A stretch of 64,000 bases of DNA from assembly GCA_963699755.1 (NCBI GenBank), contig CAVOVB010000011.1, positions 1 to 64,000 of the forward strand, in the 5' to 3' direction. The notes beneath the pieces were generated by a model. The model did no database searches. It was given only the letters and a program-made list of their open reading frames with translations, and was not told the origin of the DNA. A program made the translations under genes and the position numbers. Below, piece after piece: positions 59,644 to 64,000 of the stretch; the first letter of the stretch is position 1, and each line of letters starts with the position of its first letter. The stretch is from an uncultured delta proteobacterium (lineage in GTDB: Bacteria; Myxococcota_A; Polyangia; Polyangiales; Houyiibacteriaceae).

Positions 59644-60099
59644 TCAGGCCTCTGGACCGCGCTTGACGGTCACCGGGACCACCTTGTGCACGGTCACCTG
59701 AAGGGGCGCAGTCTTGACCGGCTCACCCTGATCGCTGGAGAAGCCGTCGAGCAGCTCAGTCAACTGCTGGCGCAGACCAAGAAGCTCGGCGCGCAAGGCC
59801 ACCTCGCGCTGTGCGCGCGGCTCCGGAGGGCTGCTGCGCTGATGGAGACCCAGATCACGGATACGCTTGCGTGCACCGGGAATCGTGTAGCCCTGGTCAT
59901 GAAGGAGCTGGCGAATCAACATCGCGAGCTCGACGTCTTTGCGGCTGTACTGCCGATGCGCCCCGCGGGTTTTTTTGGGACGCAGCGCGGGAAACTCCGT
60001 CTCCCAGTAGCGTAGCGCGTGGGGCTTGACGCCGACGATGTCGGCGACTTCGCCAATCTTGAAGAACAGTTTGTCGGGCAGTTGGGTGCGCCGTGCCAT
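59644..60099 (-). CDS. MerR-family transcriptional regulator (ihfA-associated)
   Basis: [27 protein letters not shown]. Confidence 0.92.
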   Translation of the reverse strand: MARRTQLPDKLFFKIGEVADIVGVKPHALRYWETEFPALRPKKTRGAHRQYSRKDVELAMLIRQLLHDQGYTIPGARKRIRDLGLHQRSSPPEPRAQREVALRAELLGLRQQLTELLDGFSSDQGEPVKTAPLQVTVHKVVPVTVKRGPEA

Positions 60100-60107
60100 C
60101 GTTGAGC

Positions 60108-60428
60108 TCAGAAGCCTTCTTGCGAACCAGCGCCGTCCTCAGCGGTGCGATCCGGGTTGAGCACTGTTTTGAGTACCTGACTGGGCTTGAACGTCAACAC
60201 GCGCCGCGCGCTGATTGGAATTGGGGCGCCCGTCTGCGGGTTTCGGCCGATGCGCTCTTTCTTAGCGCGCACCACGAAGTTTCCAAACCCTGAGATTTTG
60301 ATTTTGTCACCATCGGCCAACACGTCCTTCATCGTGTCGAAAACGGCCTCGACGACCTCTGCAGCTTCTTTCTTCGAGAAGCCCCCAACCTTCTCGTAGA
60401 CGGCATCAATGATTTCCGCTTTCGTCAT
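60108..60428 (-). CDS. ihfA: integration host factor subunit alpha
   Basis: [32 protein letters not shown]; downstream of pheT. Confidence 0.94.
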   Translation of the reverse strand: MTKAEIIDAVYEKVGGFSKKEAAEVVEAVFDTMKDVLADGDKIKISGFGNFVVRAKKERIGRNPQTGAPIPISARRVLTFKPSQVLKTVLNPDRTAEDGAGSQEGF

Positions 60429-60549
60429 TCGGTCTGTTCCTCCAGATGCCCGGTATGGCGGAGAGAACCACAAATCGGTTTGAATCTCAAGGGTTTGGCG
60501 CGCCCACCTCGATAGAAAGGTGCGTATTCTCGCACATCATGAGATATCC

Positions 60550-63030
60550 CTAGCGGATGGTCGCTCCAAAGCGATCGCTTGCCAGCCTGGCTAGCGACGC
60601 GTGGACTTTGTCCACCCTCTTGTCGGTCAGTGTTCCCTCCGGATCGCGGTAGGTCACTCGGAAGGCAAGGCTGCGATGGCCCTCCGGAATCTGATCGCCT
60701 CGGTAGAGATCGAAGAGGCGGACCGACTCCGCCAAACCCTCCGAAGCATCGCGGAGCGCGTCGGCGATCTCGCCGGCGTTGAACTGATCATGGACGAGCA
60801 TCGCGATGTCGCGCGCGACGGCCGGAAACCTCGGAAGGTCACGCGCCTGCCTCGGCCCGAGCTCTTCCGACAGGGCATGGAGCCCTGCCACACCCAGCTC
60901 CGCATAGATCACTCTACCGATGAGCCCCAGATCGAGGCCGACATCGGGGTGCATCTCTCCGACGAAGCCGATCGGGCGCGACGCAAGAGTCACGAGTGCG
61001 GAGCGCTTCGGATGCAAGAAGCTCGGCACCTCCCCCAGGACGAGCTCGGGGGCTTGCCCAAAGACGCGATCGACTATCGCTTGGACGACGCCCTTGCCGT
61101 CGTATAGGTCAAACGATTGCTCGCCACCAATCCAACCCGAGCGCTGCCCGGCCAAGACGATCGCCAGCACGGTGTCTTCGCGCGGAAGAAGATCGTCACT
61201 CGGCTGAAACGTTCGCGCAAGCTCGAAGAGCCTGACCTCGGTTGCCCCCCTTCGCTGCGCGCGGGTCGCCGCAGCGGTGAGCCCCGGGAGTAAGGACGTC
61301 CTCATGATCGAGCGCTCTTCGGAAAGCGGGTTTGCGAGCCGCACTGCAGCAGTGGATACTCTGGCCTTGCGCAAGTCGTCGACCGACAGAAATCCGTAAT
61401 TCACGGCTTCGTAGAGGCCCGCGGCCACGGCCGCCCCTCGAAGGCGATCGGTGAACTTGAGCAAGCTGGCCGTGCCCGATTCGGACGGATGAACGCGTGG
61501 CACCGCCGTCGGAATCTCTTCGTAGCCCCGTATTCGAGCAACTTCTTCGATGAGGTCGACCTCGCGACCGAGGTCAGGCCTCCAGCTCGGTGCCTCGGCC
61601 GTGATCGCATCGTCACTTGGATCGACGATGCGACAGCCGAGCGATTCGAGGATGCGAAGGCTTTCCGTTTTCGACACCGGTGTCCCGAGAAGCTGTGTAG
61701 CTCGGGCGGGGCGAAAGCGGATCGACCTCGCCTCATACGCGGTCGCGACGCGATCGATAGCAGTTGTCGCTGCAAGCCCACGTCCGAGCTCGGCGATCAG
61801 AGAGGCAGCGCTCGCGAGAACGCGCGGGACGGCCTCCGGGTCGACACCACGTTCGAATCGATAGCTCGAATCGGTCGACAGGCCCAGGCGCCGCGACGTG
61901 CGCCGAATCGACGTCGGATCGAAGTACGCACACTCGATGAGCACGTCTTTGGTCTCATCGCGTATCTCGGTACCGAGGCCGCCCATGACGCCAGCCACTG
62001 CGACCGGACCATTTCCGTCACAGATCAGTAGGTCGTCGCCGGTGAAGGTACGCTCGATTCCATCGAGGGTCGCCATCTTTTCGCCTGGCCTCGCCCGACG
62101 CACGACGACCTTGGATCCGCCGAGTCGGGCGAGGTCGAAACCGTGAATCGGATGGCCCCACTCGAGAAGAATCAGATTCGTCGCATCGACCACGTTCGAG
62201 AGCGCCCGAAGCCCGAGATTGTGCAGCCTGTAGCGCAGCCAAAATGGGGAAGGCGCGACTCGGACATCGACCACCAGTGCGGCGCCGTACCGAGGACAGC
62301 GATCGGCATCCAGGATTTCGACACGAATCGAGGGACACTCAGGGGCATCGGCGGCTTTGCTCCCGTCGTCCCAGAGTGCTCTGAGATCGGTCGTCGGCTC
62401 GCCGGACTTGAAAGCGCCGCCGGCGGCGAAGGTGCGCCGCGGCCCGGCCGATTTGCGAGAAGCGAAGCCCACGCCGTAAAGCACCCCAATCTCGCGGGCG
62501 ATCCCGACGTGGCCCAGGCAATCAGGACGATTGGGCGTAAGGCTGATATCCAGAATCACGTCATGAAGGTCGAGCGCATCGGCCACATCGACGCCTGGAA
62601 GCGCTTGGTTCTCGGCGTCGACGACGAAAATTCCATCACCGTCGGTGCCGATCCCAAGCTCGGTCTCGCTGCAGATCATTCCACTCGACTCGACGCCGGC
62701 GACCTTCCGCGGGGCGATCTGAATCCCGTTCGGCAGGACCGCGCCCGACCGGGCGAAGAGAACCTGGCCGCCTGGCTCGGGCACATTAGACGCGCCGCAG
62801 ACGACCTCAAGCTCGTTCTCTCCGTCGAAGACCGTAACCAGAGTCAGGTTGTCTTTCTTCGGATGAGGGCTCTTGGCGCGAACTTCCGCGATGACGACGC
62901 CGACGAGGTTCTTGCCTTTCTCTTCCATCGCCTCGACTTCGAGACCTGCAAGCGAAAGACGTTCCGCGACCTCGGCGACATCCGCGTCGACGGGACAGAG
63001 CTCTTGCAACCAGCGAAATGAAACCAGCAT
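60550..63030 (-). CDS. pheT: phenylalanine-tRNA ligase beta subunit
   Basis: MLVSFRWL, VVCGASN, SSGMICSETELG, TPNRPDCLG, DLIEEVARIRGY, FDX-ACB C-terminus. Confidence 0.96.
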   Translation of the reverse strand: MLVSFRWLQELCPVDADVAEVAERLSLAGLEVEAMEEKGKNLVGVVIAEVRAKSPHPKKDNLTLVTVFDGENELEVVCGASNVPEPGGQVLFARSGAVLPNGIQIAPRKVAGVESSGMICSETELGIGTDGDGIFVVDAENQALPGVDVADALDLHDVILDISLTPNRPDCLGHVGIAREIGVLYGVGFASRKSAGPRRTFAAGGAFKSGEPTTDLRALWDDGSKAADAPECPSIRVEILDADRCPRYGAALVVDVRVAPSPFWLRYRLHNLGLRALSNVVDATNLILLEWGHPIHGFDLARLGGSKVVVRRARPGEKMATLDGIERTFTGDDLLICDGNGPVAVAGVMGGLGTEIRDETKDVLIECAYFDPTSIRRTSRRLGLSTDSSYRFERGVDPEAVPRVLASAASLIAELGRGLAATTAIDRVATAYEARSIRFRPARATQLLGTPVSKTESLRILESLGCRIVDPSDDAITAEAPSWRPDLGREVDLIEEVARIRGYEEIPTAVPRVHPSESGTASLLKFTDRLRGAAVAAGLYEAVNYGFLSVDDLRKARVSTAAVRLANPLSEERSIMRTSLLPGLTAAATRAQRRGATEVRLFELARTFQPSDDLLPREDTVLAIVLAGQRSGWIGGEQSFDLYDGKGVVQAIVDRVFGQAPELVLGEVPSFLHPKRSALVTLASRPIGFVGEMHPDVGLDLGLIGRVIYAELGVAGLHALSEELGPRQARDLPRFPAVARDIAMLVHDQFNAGEIADALRDASEGLAESVRLFDLYRGDQIPEGHRSLAFRVTYRDPEGTLTDKRVDKVHASLARLASDRFGATIR

Positions 63031-63038
63031 CACCCTTC

Positions 63039-64000
63039 CTAAAACTGCGACAGGAACCGAACGTCGTTCTCGTAGAGGAGCTTGATATTCGGGATGCCGT
63101 ACTTCAGCATGGCGATGCGGTCGAGACCCATACCAAACGCGAATCCGGTGTATTTCTCCGGGTCGTATCCGACGTTCTCGAAGACGACTGGATGAATCAT
63201 TCCGCAGCCGAGGATCTCCATCCACCCGGTGCCTTTGCAGATACGGCACTCAGCGGTACGCGCCCGGTTGCCTTCCCAGGCCCGACAGAAGACGCAACTC
63301 ATGTCGACCTCGCCGCCAGGCTCGACGAACGGGAAGTAGCTCGCGCGAAAGCGAACCGCGATATGCTCATCGAATAGGCGGCGAAGAAAGAGCGTGAGCA
63401 CGCCCTTGAGCTCGGCAAAGGCGACGTCTTCATCGACGAGGAACCCTTCGAGCTGAAAGAACATGGGCGAATGGGTGGCGTCATCGTCGCGGCGGTACAC
63501 CGCGCCCGGAGAAACGATCGCAAGCGGGGGCTGACGCTTCATCATCTCGCGAATCTGGATGGTCGAGGTCTGCGTGCGAAGCAGCACGCTTTCGGTGTCC
63601 GATGCGCCGTCTTCGCGGATGAAGAAGGTGTCCTGCTCGTCGGTCGCGGGATGATCCGGCGGGAATCCAAGCTTGTCGAAGCAGTTTTCGTAGAGCTCGA
63701 CCTCGGGCCCATCGGCGATGTCGAAGCCGAGCGAAACGAAGATTTCGAGCACCTCGTTTCGAACGCGGGTGATCGGATGGAATCGGCCTGGCATCTGCCA
63801 GCGGCCCGGCAAGGTCACATCGAGCGCGGCACCTGTGAGCTCTGCTTCGCGCGCGCCCCGATGAATGTTCTGTAGAGCCTCATCGAAGGTCGATTGAATT
63901 TCTTGCTTGAGCGCGTTGGCAGCCTGACCAAGCGCGCGCCGCCGCTCGCCCGGGAGCTCTGGCATGAGCTTGAGGAGCTTGGTGAGCTCACCTTGCGGTC
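63039..64000 (-). CDS. pheS: phenylalanine-tRNA ligase alpha subunit (5' end outside window)
   Basis: HPATDEQDTF, YRRDDDATHSPMF, FPFVEP, GFAFGMGLDR; frame open to the window edge. Confidence 0.96.
   Translation of the reverse strand, partial: PQGELTKLLKLMPELPGERRRALGQAANALKQEIQSTFDEALQNIHRGAREAELTGAALDVTLPGRWQMPGRFHPITRVRNEVLEIFVSLGFDIADGPEVELYENCFDKLGFPPDHPATDEQDTFFIREDGASDTESVLLRTQTSTIQIREMMKRQPPLAIVSPGAVYRRDDDATHSPMFFQLEGFLVDEDVAFAELKGVLTLFLRRLFDEHIAVRFRASYFPFVEPGGEVDMSCVFCRAWEGNRARTAECRICKGTGWMEILGCGMIHPVVFENVGYDPEKYTGFAFGMGLDRIAMLKYGIPNIKLLYENDVRFLSQF

Overview
High-GC chromosomal core region. Gene content and protein style suggest a myxobacterium (Myxococcota); this is inference. It holds four tRNAs (fMet, Ile2-CAU, Arg-CCU, Pro-GGG) and the housekeeping blocks lepA, miaB, tamAB-glmM, tilS-ftsH-folP-cdaA-cdaR, yajC-secDF-recJ, ilvE, dnaG-rpoD, nadC-birA-ygfZ-erpA, pheS-pheT-ihfA-merR and surE-apt. 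It also has an RND pump pair, an RpoH-type sigma factor next to a giant TPR gene, a DsbD/HiPIP/ABC/beta-CASP cluster, a LemA-TPM triad, an HNH nuclease and a CHAD protein. I see no prophage, CRISPR array or transposase. The most interesting signals are non-coding. (1) A candidate ~125-nt sRNA at ~10998-11123 (minus strand) with its own sigma70-type promoter, three hairpins and two C-rich, anti-Shine-Dalgarno-like loops. (2) A 168-bp CTAG-flanked MITE-like element whose two CTAGs supply the stop codons of two convergent genes. (3) A HAIR-like palindrome and structured leader upstream of the RpoH-type sigma gene. (4) A switch-like fold linking the sigma stop codon to the TPR gene ribosome-binding site. 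(5) Two genes that appear to use non-canonical ATC or CTG starts. All calls come from reading the sequence only; no searches were run.
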